DNA from: Nemertoderma westbladi
Lineage: Eukaryota; Animalia; Xenacoelomorpha
Direction of reading: 5' to 3'
Length of the DNA: 54,585 nucleotides
Assembly (NCBI GenBank): GCA_032718475.1
Contig: JAUCBJ010000939.1
Span: 1 to 54,585 of the forward strand
A program made the translations under genes and the position numbers. Of this stretch, positions 1-10,851 are shown one piece after another. Numbering within the stretch: position 1 is the first letter of the stretch; each line of letters opens with the position of its first letter. Under the pieces are notes generated by a model. The model did no database searches. It was given only the letters and a program-made list of their open reading frames with translations, and had not been told where the DNA came from.

Positions 1-3000
1 AGTAGGCCTGCCATACAACAACTAGGTCTCAATATCAGTTGGACTACTGCTCAAATAACGGTAATAAAGTAAGTTAAAGTAACCAAGTAACCCCTAAAAT
101 TTCAGAAATTCAATTATTCTAAAATAATTGACATACCGGTATTTACAATAGGCTTATTATATTTATTTCTATAAATTTTAGGCTGAAATTATACCGGTAT
201 TCTGTAATTGATTCTAGTCTGTAATTATACTTATATATATATATTATAAGTGTAAGCTGCATACCGGTATTCTGTGACAAACCTAGTCTGTAATAATACT
301 TATATATACTATAAGCATACCAGTATTCTAATATATTGTATATATATCACGTTACATAGAGTAACGATATCGGTAATTAATTACTAGGCTAACAGTGATA
401 CTGAATTACTAAACTTGCTTTAACTGTAATATAGCAGTAGGCATTCAACTGTACAATCAAACATATCTGACACAAAACGGGCACTGTCAGATAGTCTTTT
501 GAAAGGTGTTAGAATGAGTCTTCGACTTGGACAGTGTCTTGAAAGGATAGAAGACAGAAAAGCAGCAGCAGCGGCAGCTGCAGAAGCAGAAAGAAAAGTA
601 GCAGCGGCAGAAGCGGAAAGAAAAGCGGCAGAGGCAGTGGCAGAAGCAGACTTGAGGAGACAAACCAGAAGACAGTTATTTGCCTCCTCCGATGAAGGTG
701 ATATAAGAGATCCCGAAAGTAGAGGTAATAAATCTCGTTCAAGCAGGCGTAGAAGAATGCCACACTGTCCGAAGTTACCTAATTTGCCTCCTGCGGTGAG
801 ACTAGCTAGCACAGACTTAGGTAGTACAGAACCCACAGACCAAATTATTACAGTAGAAAGACTCCCTACTATAGTAGATGAGCCTGAAATAATTAGGCCT
901 GTTCTCAAAGCCACCCCTGCGGTGATAGAGACACCTGTACTCCCAGAACCTACCTCTAAACTCCCTTTGCACAGCACGAAACTACCTGTGCCCAGTAGGA
1001 CTGTTCCCGAGTCCGAACCCATCCTGGACGCCGAGCGAGATATTAAGAATTTATTGCCCGTTGTCTCTCGCTTGCCCGCTACTACGTTGGTGACTCCCGC
1101 TTCGGCGGTCGAGTGGGTAGCTGAGGGACGACGGGAGATGGGTCTCCTGCTCGGGCAGCTGAGGGAACATTGTAAATGTTCCTCCCAGCAGGTCCGGGAG
1201 TTGGAAGGGACTGTTCAGCAGTTAAAGGGAGCAGTAAGAGAGGGTAGGTTAGCGTTGCAAGAAGTGCAGCAAAGTATCGCGTTAGAACGCGATAAGTTAG
1301 TAAATTTACAACAGGGTATACCACCACCCTCTGTAACAATGTGTCAACCTGTTAGGTCTGAAGTATTTCATGCGCAAGGTGTGGAGCCTACACGCATCTA
1401 TACTGTTAGTGTTAGTGAAGTAGAAACTCCTATAGTAAACCCTATTAAGGGTAATTATAAACCTGTTGACAGTGATATTCCCTATAGACTTGATAATAAT
1501 CCGAGAAATTTATATACCGATAACTCGATATTAAATAATACGATGGCCCAAGAAAGTTTTACGCGTCAAATGGCTAGAACCGAAGCCCGTCAAGCGGTAA
1601 AGATGGGAGAGATCGTCAAGTTCAATGGAGATGAGATGAAATGGTTACCTTTTAATGAATATTACAAAGATAACATACAGAACTCCGTGTTATCTAACGG
1701 AGAAAAACTGAGATTCCTCATCGAGTGCTTGGAGGGATCTCCCAAGTTAATGGCGTTAAAGTTTATTGGACATCCAGATGGATTAAGACAAGTTTGGGAT
1801 ACAATAAACATCAGGTATGGTAATAGGACTAACATAGCTAGGTATTTGTATGCAAAATTAATGGCGCCCCGAAAGTTTCTTAGCAGCGGGATTATAGAGT
1901 TTTCCGACGAAATTCAGGAGATCTGTAGACAGCTAGATTGGTTAGGTAAGTCTCATGAATACCAGAATTCTATGGTTGTAGGAGCCTTAGCATCAACTCT
2001 GCCAAAGGGTGGAGTAGGTACACGCTGGGACAAGACAGTGTTATATATGATGGAACAACAACAACGAGACCCTACCATGGCTGATCTCATGTCATTCTTG
2101 GATTTCGAAGTGAAATTACAGCTCATAAAGCAGTCCAGAGAGAAGACACCGGAAAACAAGGTAAGTGAGAAACCCGTCTCTAGGAGAAAGGTAATACCAG
2201 TGTGTTATACAGACGACAGCGAAAGCCAGACTTCTCAAGGAGAGGATAGCGGGAAAGACACTGAAAGATCTTATTATGTCAATAAAACGCCTAAAGAACA
2301 GGTAAGTAAATTCAAGTCTCGAACCAATGACAGGAGAGAACAGGTAAGAAAAACTCCTCCTACGTCTCCCAAGAGAATTCAGGTGAGAAAGCCCGAGGAA
2401 AGAACGAGCGTGCACCACACAGCACATGTTAAAGTAAGTAACATCAAGCCCAAATGTGTGTTGTGCGACGGGCCCCACCGTTTGAATATGTGTGATAAAT
2501 TCCTAAAGAAATCATTAAAGGATAGACGTGAAGTCATGTGGGATAAGCGGTTGTGTTATAATTGCCTCAGACGAGGACACCAACGGCGAACCTGTTACTC
2601 CGACGCAAGGTGTGCGAAGTGCGGCGCGAAACATCATATTTTGTTGCACACCGAATTCGAAAGAAACAGCCCGAGTCAGGTAAGTGAGTCCAAACTACAT
2701 GTCCAATTCAGTGATGTGAACGACACTGACCAAAGTTCTGAGATGGAAGGATTCTATACGGACGAATTCTCCGACCAAATTTCTGAAATGGAAGGATTCT
2801 ATACGGACGAATTCTCAGACGAAAACGAATCCTGTTACTTAATAAATACCGCAGTGTATCGAGCACTTACGTATGAGAAGGAAACCGACAGTGAGCTCCC
2901 CCTAACTACTTCTGACAGACAACCATCTTGGAAAGCGCCACCTTCCAATGTAGGAATCCGAGAATTTCCTGTAGTCCAGGTAAGGGTCCACGGACCTAAA

Positions 3001-4055
3001 AGGAGTTATGTAGTGAACGCCCTCCTTGACTCCGGTAGTACAGGAACATTCATCGACAAAGAACTAGCCGAATACATCTTTGCTGGACAACCCAAGTTCC
3101 GAACTAAGCTAAACATGTCAGGAATTATGCAGGTTTGGAAATCTACCGTAATAGCGGATTATTATGTAGGCGCGTTGTCCACCCCCCAGGATGAACTAGG
3201 AGAACACAGCATAAGGTCAGTAAAAATGGTAGCGATAAAGAACTTCGCGACCAGCCAAGTGGAACCTTATAACTGGGATGAGGACGATTTCACCCAGCAG
3301 CTTGAAATACCTAGATTCAACACCGATTACCCTGGAGTCCAAATACTCATCGGTCAAAATGCGCATGAAGCGCTCGAGACATTGGAGAAACGGCCTGCTC
3401 AACCGCAACCACTACAAGTCTATGCGGGAAGAACTAGAGTAGGTTGGTACTTTACTGGCCCTTCTTGTAGAACTCTTATAGAAAGATTACCAAAAGAACA
3501 GGTATATCAATTAAGTGAACGGGAAGTGGAGAGCAGTGAAGTTGACGACCCAACTGAGGGAACACCATACTCCTCAGATAATGACGACATCAACTCCAAT
3601 GTAGATCAATGGAGACATTGTCCCAAGACGATCAATCTAGCCGACATCGCCTCCAGAGGAGCAACTCCTCAAGAACTGACAGATACTCCAGACTGGTTAG
3701 GTGAACCCGACTTCCTAAGTAAAGAAGATGAATGGCCTCCCCATCTTAACCCGGCGAAGATTAGACAGGCCAAGGGAGCGGAGAAAGTAACACAACCACT
3801 CAATAGCCCAGCTGGTCGTTTATGTTTACTGGAAAGAGACCGAAAACTGTCCGGAAACTATGGAAGGCAAGATACTCTTCCCACGACCACCTCCCTAATC
3901 CAACAAATATCTAGGGACTCCATAACGTAATAACATATGGAGTGGGTGTGTGACTACATTATTTTATATTTATTTTATTATTTTATATTATGTATGTATT
4001 ATTATGTAATTTTATTATAATCGTTTTCTTTAATTTTATTTAGTAGAATGTTATT
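1..4055 (+). mobile_element. Partial BEL/Pao element copy A' (5' UTR, gag-pro and start of the 3' region), cut off by a Penelope insertion
   Basis: Near-identical to 19390-23444 (offset 19389). Similarity stops at TAGTAGAATGTTATT (4055), and the rest of the element does not resume after the Penelope array. Confidence 0.9.
499..3930 (+). CDS. BEL/Pao Gag plus aspartic protease polyprotein, without RT or integrase core
   Basis: BEL-type zinc knuckles CVLCDGPHRLNMC, CYNCLRRGHQRRTC and CAKCGAKHHILLH; protease motif ALLDSGSTGTFI; RNase H C-terminal remnant QWRHCPKTINLADIASRG; ends in a PAGRLCLL integrase-tail-like motif. The track starts at TTG; the first ATG is at 514. Confidence 0.88.
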   Translation: MKGVRMSLRLGQCLERIEDRKAAAAAAAEAERKVAAAEAERKAAEAVAEADLRRQTRRQLFASSDEGDIRDPESRGNKSRSSRRRRMPHCPKLPNLPPAVRLASTDLGSTEPTDQIITVERLPTIVDEPEIIRPVLKATPAVIETPVLPEPTSKLPLHSTKLPVPSRTVPESEPILDAERDIKNLLPVVSRLPATTLVTPASAVEWVAEGRREMGLLLGQLREHCKCSSQQVRELEGTVQQLKGAVREGRLALQEVQQSIALERDKLVNLQQGIPPPSVTMCQPVRSEVFHAQGVEPTRIYTVSVSEVETPIVNPIKGNYKPVDSDIPYRLDNNPRNLYTDNSILNNTMAQESFTRQMARTEARQAVKMGEIVKFNGDEMKWLPFNEYYKDNIQNSVLSNGEKLRFLIECLEGSPKLMALKFIGHPDGLRQVWDTINIRYGNRTNIARYLYAKLMAPRKFLSSGIIEFSDEIQEICRQLDWLGKSHEYQNSMVVGALASTLPKGGVGTRWDKTVLYMMEQQQRDPTMADLMSFLDFEVKLQLIKQSREKTPENKVSEKPVSRRKVIPVCYTDDSESQTSQGEDSGKDTERSYYVNKTPKEQVSKFKSRTNDRREQVRKTPPTSPKRIQVRKPEERTSVHHTAHVKVSNIKPKCVLCDGPHRLNMCDKFLKKSLKDRREVMWDKRLCYNCLRRGHQRRTCYSDARCAKCGAKHHILLHTEFERNSPSQVSESKLHVQFSDVNDTDQSSEMEGFYTDEFSDQISEMEGFYTDEFSDENESCYLINTAVYRALTYEKETDSELPLTTSDRQPSWKAPPSNVGIREFPVVQVRVHGPKRSYVVNALLDSGSTGTFIDKELAEYIFAGQPKFRTKLNMSGIMQVWKSTVIADYYVGALSTPQDELGEHSIRSVKMVAIKNFATSQVEPYNWDEDDFTQQLEIPRFNTDYPGVQILIGQNAHEALETLEKRPAQPQPLQVYAGRTRVGWYFTGPSCRTLIERLPKEQVYQLSEREVESSEVDDPTEGTPYSSDNDDINSNVDQWRHCPKTINLADIASRGATPQELTDTPDWLGEPDFLSKEDEWPPHLNPAKIRQAKGAEKVTQPLNSPAGRLCLLERDRKLSGNYGRQDTLPTTTSLIQQISRDSIT

Positions 4056-4068
4056 CTACTAAATATAT

Positions 4069-6621
4069 ATAGAACCACCAATAAAAAGAGTACAATTTAA
4101 TAGTTATCAATGTGGCGTGTACGTATGTAAGTTCGGTAAAATGTGTATAGACAGTAGTGATGGTATTTACAACCTTTCATATGTAAATGACAACAATATT
4201 AATGTGTTTAGAAATAAAATGAGATCATTAGTAAATGATATTATGTCAAAAAATAATAAAGAAAGTCTAGGAAATTTGGAGAAATCCTTAAACGTTCTAG
4301 AACAGGAAAATGAAAGCATTGGAAATGTTAATGTAACAACAAATAGTAACGTAAAAGTATTTAATTTAACAGAACAAAAAATTGCTCCCGGACTTATTAA
4401 ATTATGTAGTTTGGGGCCTTCATTTGTACCACAGCCAATGAGTGTCAATTGGGACGATATACAAAGAAACTGGCAAAATTTTAAAAGAAAAGTGCTATGG
4501 AAAGCATTTTTTTATAAAGACAATATGGAAGTAATTAATATAGAATCAGCAGACAAAGTTGACAATTCATTATTTCCCCCACACATAGCATCAACACGAA
4601 ATCCACCAAAATGCAATATTCCAGCAATCGAAGTATTTCTTGACAGTATTGAGAAAGATATTTTTAAAGATACTAAGTTAAAGAAAGTAAGAGACAACAT
4701 AGATCCTCAAGAAAGAGAAGCATTAAATAAATTTAGAAAAACAAACATAAATGATAAGGAATATATTATGAGATTACAAGACAAAGGAAATTGTTTTGTA
4801 TTCATTGATAAGGAAACAGACAACAAAAAACTAAAAGAGCAAATGGAATGTGGATCATTTAAGAAAGTTGAAAAAGACCCGAGTTTTTCAATTTTAAACC
4901 AAATTACAAACTGGACTGAAAAATGGAAAGACCTGGGACTAAGCAATAAATGGGTAAATTATATTTTATTAAACTCTGAACCTACACCGGGAACAAATTA
5001 TCCAAGAATAAAACTACACAAAGAACAAGCACCTGCGCGTGTAATAACATCAGGTTGTGGTAGCGCAACAGAAAATCTTTCTCAATTTGTAGAAACATAC
5101 TGCAAAAAGATAGCTAACACATTACCACATCGGGTAAAAGATACCTCACACATGCTGGAAATAATAGACGAATTAAATTTACATGAAATTGCAGATAATG
5201 ATATATTGATTAGTTTTGATATTATTAATATGTTTCCTTCTATTGACAACAAAAACGGGATCAATATAGTTTCTAATAAATTAAAAGAAAATATACATTT
5301 GTTTGATGTACCTTCTGACTGCATTATTGAAGCATTGGAAATTTGCCTAAAAAACAACGTATCACAGTATCAAAATGAGTTTTGGATACAAACAGACGGC
5401 ACTGCAATGGGACCCAAAAATTCTTGTTCTTACGCTGACATAGTGGCAGGAGATATTGATATAAAAGTAATTAACAAGAAAAAAAGATACCCTGAATTAA
5501 GATGTTGGTTTAGATACAGAGACGATATATTCTCCATATGGCGTGGTTCAAAAAGGCGTCTATTCGAATTCTTTAAGCTATTAAATACATTGGATCCAAA
5601 ACTTAAGTTTACACTGGATATAGGTGCTAAATGGTTACACTTTTTAGATCTAAACATAACAATTGAAAATAATCAGTTAACAACATCAGTGTATAGTAAA
5701 CCTACAGATTCACATATATATTTAAATAGTAAATCTGCCCACCCTAAATGCCAAATCAACGGAATTCCTAAAGGAGTTGCCTTAAGGTTGAAAAGAATTA
5801 ACACAAAAGATAAAGACTACGTGACTCAAGGTAACGTGTACAAGAACCACCTAATTAAGTATGGACATAATGCAGATCATGTAAATACAGTCTTTGAAGA
5901 AGTTAGGAACATGCAAAGATCGGAAGCAAGAAATTATAAAGGAAAATACAAAAGTATTAAAAATCCAACAGTTTTAGTAACAACGTATAACCCAATGGCT
6001 CCAAATTTTAAAAGACTTATCAGTAAACATTATGGTATATTAGAGTCAAACGAAATGGCAAGGAAAATACTACCTCAAAACGAAATAATTGTTGCATATA
6101 AAAGAAACCCAAACCTAAAAGAACTTCTAGCACCATCCAATCCATACAAACAATTATCATGCATTGATAATCCTGGTTGTTACAATTGTAGCGCTAAAAA
6201 GTGTGACTGTTGTGAAAATTACTTAATTGAAACCAACCATTTCAAATGTGTAGCTACAGGCAAGACTTTTAAAATAAACAAACGACTAAACTGTTACTCG
6301 GAAAATATAGTATATTTAGCTATCTGCATAGAATGCAATTTACAGGGTGTTGGCTCAACAATCAATTTCAAGAAGAGGCTTGGAAATTATAAATCTCATA
6401 TAAAAAAAGGTGTGAAAAGTTGCAATATCGGCGTGCATTTCATCGAAAAACACAACAAATCCTCCAAAAACTTGAAATTTATTTTGATCGATCAATTACC
6501 AGGAAGGGACAACTGCGTAGAAACAATAAAGAAACTTAGAAAATCAGAACGATTTTGGATTGGTATGCTGCTCACTAATCTAAAGGGCTTGAACTCCTTC
6601 CATGACTACATTCAACAATAA
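4069..6621 (+). pseudogene. 5'-truncated Penelope ORF (end of Ulp1 domain, RT, GIY-YIG)
   Basis: Matches 8086-10638. Begins inside the protease domain (EPPIKRVQFNSYQCG). Confidence 0.88.
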
Positions 6622-6712
6622 AAACTTTATTATATTAAGTATATGTTACCTTAACAACAAACTAAGAATTACGATATTCTATGTAAACAAATTCAAATAA
6701 GAATAATAAAAA

Positions 6713-6757
6713 ATAGATTTGATAAAGGCTATGCAATATAGCCGAAATATCATCTGT
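6713..6757 (+). ncRNA. Minimal type I hammerhead ribozyme, U3-A8 core variant
   Basis: ATAGAT-TTGATAA-A-GGCTAT(GCAAT)ATAGCC-GAAA-TA-TC^ATCTGT: 6-bp stem I (one G-U pair), 6-bp stem II, palindromic ATAT minimal stem III. Confidence 0.75.
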
Positions 6758-6834
6758 AGAATAAAAACATCACTTTTCTTAAATACAAACAGTAGCATTT
6801 ATTTCATTTGTCTTCATAATTACTAAATTTACAA

Positions 6835-9800
6835 ATGCTGGGCAGTGCATATTATTCATATGTTATAAATATTATCTTCATTTATACACTGTTCCCTTTG
6901 AAGCTGTTTTGTATTATGGACCAAAGTTTATGTTCCGTTCAGAAAGAATTATTACATTGTAGTGAGAAGTACGCACGATATAAACACCATGTTGAGTACC
7001 TAAGACATCACCAACGATGTGGAAGTATACCACTTGGTTTAAAAGTAAAATTTCATTGCGGCGCAACTGATAACATTTTATGTACAAAAGTCAATTCATC
7101 TTTAAAGAAATGTTCAAAAAAATTAATTAGTATTTTTTTGAACCACAATAAGAGAAACATGGATCAGCTAAAGGCAAAACAAAACCAGATATTAAACAAG
7201 GTAACGAACAATGAAGACCGTATGGAACTAGAAAATAAATTAACTAAGCGTGTTACAAACCTTTCCAAGTATTATTCCAAAAGAGAAATAAATAAATACA
7301 AACGCGATGGTCTATGTCTGCATTCAGAAGCAAAACTTCAACAACAAGATATTAGTGAGCAACTAAACGGGAAAAATATTAGTGTGCCTGTACATGTACA
7401 AGATAACAATATAAATATTAACGAGGACAACATACTTGAACTATCAGGAATATTGGACTCGGGCAATAACATAAAAAATCAATATGAAGAGAGTGACAGC
7501 ATAATAGAATTATCTGGAATATCAGACTCAGGCGAAAACAAAATAAATCAACATGAAGACAGCAACAGCATAATTGAATTGTCATACAACATAGAAAATC
7601 AAAATAAAGACAGCATGATTATATTATCTGAAAGTGTACTGTTTAAAGGTGATGCAGATAGTAATTGTAAAAGCACTATTGCGGAAATACCTATTTACGA
7701 AACGGATATTGACAGTTTAAAAGAGGAGGGATGGTTAACTGACAATATTGTGGAAAGTTTGCTTAGATATTGGTGCGATTGCAACACGAAAACTTTGAAC
7801 AGAACATTCAACACACATTTTTTTGAAATATTAAACTCTGAACGTGGGGGATACAATGCCATAAAACAATGGACTTCAAAAATAAACATATTCAATTACG
7901 ATGGTTTGTACTTCCCGGTCCTTATGAATGGTAACCATTGGGTTTTAGTAATATTTAAACCGAAATCACGAAAAATATTTTACTTAGATTCTATGGGTGG
8001 ACAAAATATAAAGATTATAAACAGCTTAAAATATTGGATTAAAAAAGAGGCATTGAAAAACAACATTTTGGACATCGAAATTATAATAGAACCACCAATA
8101 AAAAGAGTACAATTTAATAGTTATCAATGTGGCGTGTACGTATGTAAGTTCGGTAAAATGTGTATAGACAGTAGTGATGGTATTTACAACTTTTCATATG
8201 TAAATGACAACAATATTAATGTGTTTAGAAATAAAATGAGATCATTAGTAAATGATATTATGTCAAAAAATAATAAAGAAAGTCTAGGAAATTTGGAGAA
8301 ATCCTTAAATGTTCTAGAACAGGAAAATGAAAGCATTGGAAATGTTAATGTAACAACAAATAGTAACGTAAAAGTATTTAATTTAACAGAACAAAAAATT
8401 GCTCCCGGACTTATTAAATTATGTAGTTTGGGGCCTTCATTTGTACCACAGCCAATGAGTGTCAATTGGGACGATATACAAAGAAACTGGCAAAATTTTA
8501 AAAGAAAAGTGCTATGGAAAGCATTTTTTTATAAAGACAATATGGAAGTAATTAATATAGAATCAGCAGACAAAGTTGACAATTCATTATTTCCACCACA
8601 CATAGCATCAACACGAAATCCACCAAAATGCAATATTCCAGCAATCGAAGTATTTCTTGACAGTATTGAGAAAGATATTTTTAAAGATACTAAGTTAAAG
8701 AAAGTAAGAGACAACATAGATCCTCAAGAAAGAGAAGCATTAAATAAATTTAGAAAAACAAACATAAATGATAAGGAATATATTATGAGATTACAAGACA
8801 AAGGAAATTCTTTTGTATTCATTGATAAGGAAACAGACAACAAAAAACTAAAAGAGCAAATGGAATGTGGATCATTTAAGAAAGTTGAAAAAGACCCGAG
8901 TTTTTCAATTTTAAACCAAATTACAAACTGGACTGAAAAATGGAAAGACCTGGGACTAAGCAATAAATGGGTAAATTATATTTTATTAAACTCTGAACCT
9001 ACACCGGGAACAAATTATCCAAGAATAAAACTACACAAAGAACAAGCACCTGCGCGTGTAATAACATCAGGTTGTGGTAGCGCAACAGAAAATCTTTCTC
9101 AATTTGTAGAAACATACTGCAAAAAGATAGCTAACACATTACCACATCGGGTAAAAGATACCTCACACATGCTGGAAATAATAGACGAATTAAATTTACA
9201 TGAAATTGCAGATAATGATATATTGATTAGTTTTGATATTATTAATATGTTTCCTTCTATTGACAACAAAAACGGGATCAATATAGTTTCTAATAAATTA
9301 AAAGAAAATATACATTTGTTTGATGTACCTTCTGACTGCATTATTGAAGCATTGGAAATTTGCCTAAAAAACAACGTATCACAGTATCAAAATGAGTTTT
9401 GGATACAAACAGACGGCACTGCAATGGGACCCAAAAATTCTTGTTCTTACGCTGACATAGTGGCAGGAGATATTGATATAAAAGTAATTAACAAGAAAAA
9501 AAGATACCCTGAATTAAGATGTTGGTTTAGATACAGAGACGATATATTCTCCATATGGCGTGGTTCAAAAAGGCGTCTATTCGAATTCTTTAAGCTATTA
9601 AATACATTGGATCCAAAACTTAAGTTTACACTGGATATAGGTGCTAAATCGTTACACTTTTTAGATCTAAACATAACAATTGAAAATAATCAGTTAACAA
9701 CATCAGTGTATAGTAAACCTACAGATTCACATATATATTTAAATAGTAAATCTGCCCACCCTAAATGCCAAATCAACGGAATTCCTAAAGGAGTTGCCTT

Positions 9801-10638
9801 AAGGTTGAAAAGAATTAACACAAAAGATAAAGACTACGTGACTCAAGGTAACGTGTACAAGAACCACCTAATTAAGTGTGGACATAATGCAGATCATGTA
9901 AATACAGTCTTTGAAGAAGTTAGGAACATGCAAAGATCAGAAGCAAGAAATTATAAAGGAAAAAACAAAAGTATTAAAAATCCAACAGTTTTAGTAACAA
10001 CGTATAACCCAATGGCTCCAAATTTTAAAAGACTTATCAGTAAACATTATGGTATATTAGAGTCAAACGAAATGGCAAGGAAAATACTACCTCAAAACGA
10101 AATAATTGTTGCATATAAAAGAAACCCAAACCTAAAAGAACTTCTAGCACCATCCAATCCATACAAACAATTATCATGCATTGATAATCCTGGTTGTTAC
10201 AATTATAGCGCTAAAAAGTGTGACTGTTGTGAAAATTACTTAATTGAAACCAACCATTTCAAATGTGTAGCTACAGGCAAGACTTTTAAAATAAACAAAC
10301 GACTAAACTGTTACTCGGAAAATATAGTATATTTAGCTATCTGCATAGAATGCAATTTACAGGGTGTTGGCTCAACAATCAATTTCAAGAAGAGGCTTGG
10401 AAATTATAAATCTCATATAAAAAAAGGTGTGAAAAGTTGCAATATCGGCGTGCATTTCATCGAAAAACACAACAAATCCTTCAAAAACTTGAAATTTATT
10501 TTGATCGATCAATTACCAGGAAGGGACAACTGTGTAGAAACAATAAAGAAACTTAGAAAATCAGAACAATTTTGGATTGGTATGCTGCTCACTAATCTAA
10601 AGGGCTTGAACTCCTTCCATGACTACATTCAACAATAA
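6835..10638 (+). CDS. Penelope-like polyprotein: N-terminal domain, SIM-like repeats, Ulp1/C48 protease, RT, Cys-rich linker, GIY-YIG endonuclease
   Basis: Ulp1 motifs WLTDNIV, FNTHFF, NHWVLV, YLDSM, QFNSYQCG. RT motifs PRIKLHK, SFDIINMFPSI, QTDGTAMG, YRDD. GIY-YIG motifs IVYLAICIECNLQGVGST, KKRL, HF, E-x-FWI, GLN. The true start may be the ATG at 6916. Confidence 0.92.
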   Translation: MLGSAYYSYVINIIFIYTLFPLKLFCIMDQSLCSVQKELLHCSEKYARYKHHVEYLRHHQRCGSIPLGLKVKFHCGATDNILCTKVNSSLKKCSKKLISIFLNHNKRNMDQLKAKQNQILNKVTNNEDRMELENKLTKRVTNLSKYYSKREINKYKRDGLCLHSEAKLQQQDISEQLNGKNISVPVHVQDNNININEDNILELSGILDSGNNIKNQYEESDSIIELSGISDSGENKINQHEDSNSIIELSYNIENQNKDSMIILSESVLFKGDADSNCKSTIAEIPIYETDIDSLKEEGWLTDNIVESLLRYWCDCNTKTLNRTFNTHFFEILNSERGGYNAIKQWTSKINIFNYDGLYFPVLMNGNHWVLVIFKPKSRKIFYLDSMGGQNIKIINSLKYWIKKEALKNNILDIEIIIEPPIKRVQFNSYQCGVYVCKFGKMCIDSSDGIYNFSYVNDNNINVFRNKMRSLVNDIMSKNNKESLGNLEKSLNVLEQENESIGNVNVTTNSNVKVFNLTEQKIAPGLIKLCSLGPSFVPQPMSVNWDDIQRNWQNFKRKVLWKAFFYKDNMEVINIESADKVDNSLFPPHIASTRNPPKCNIPAIEVFLDSIEKDIFKDTKLKKVRDNIDPQEREALNKFRKTNINDKEYIMRLQDKGNSFVFIDKETDNKKLKEQMECGSFKKVEKDPSFSILNQITNWTEKWKDLGLSNKWVNYILLNSEPTPGTNYPRIKLHKEQAPARVITSGCGSATENLSQFVETYCKKIANTLPHRVKDTSHMLEIIDELNLHEIADNDILISFDIINMFPSIDNKNGINIVSNKLKENIHLFDVPSDCIIEALEICLKNNVSQYQNEFWIQTDGTAMGPKNSCSYADIVAGDIDIKVINKKKRYPELRCWFRYRDDIFSIWRGSKRRLFEFFKLLNTLDPKLKFTLDIGAKSLHFLDLNITIENNQLTTSVYSKPTDSHIYLNSKSAHPKCQINGIPKGVALRLKRINTKDKDYVTQGNVYKNHLIKCGHNADHVNTVFEEVRNMQRSEARNYKGKNKSIKNPTVLVTTYNPMAPNFKRLISKHYGILESNEMARKILPQNEIIVAYKRNPNLKELLAPSNPYKQLSCIDNPGCYNYSAKKCDCCENYLIETNHFKCVATGKTFKINKRLNCYSENIVYLAICIECNLQGVGSTINFKKRLGNYKSHIKKGVKSCNIGVHFIEKHNKSFKNLKFILIDQLPGRDNCVETIKKLRKSEQFWIGMLLTNLKGLNSFHDYIQQ

Positions 10639-10729
10639 AAACTTTATTATATTAAATATATGTTACCTTAACAACAAACTAAGAATTACGATATTCTATG
10701 TAAACAAATTCAAATAAGAATAATAAAAA

Positions 10730-10774
10730 ATAGATTTGATAAAGGCTATGCAATATAGCCGAAATATCATCTGT
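10730..10774 (+). ncRNA. Minimal hammerhead ribozyme, copy 2
   Basis: Identical to 6713-6757. Confidence 0.75.
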
Positions 10775-10851
10775 AGAATAAAAACATCACTTTTTTTAAA
10801 TACAAACAGTAGCATTTATTTCATTTGTCTTCATAATTACTAAATTTACAA

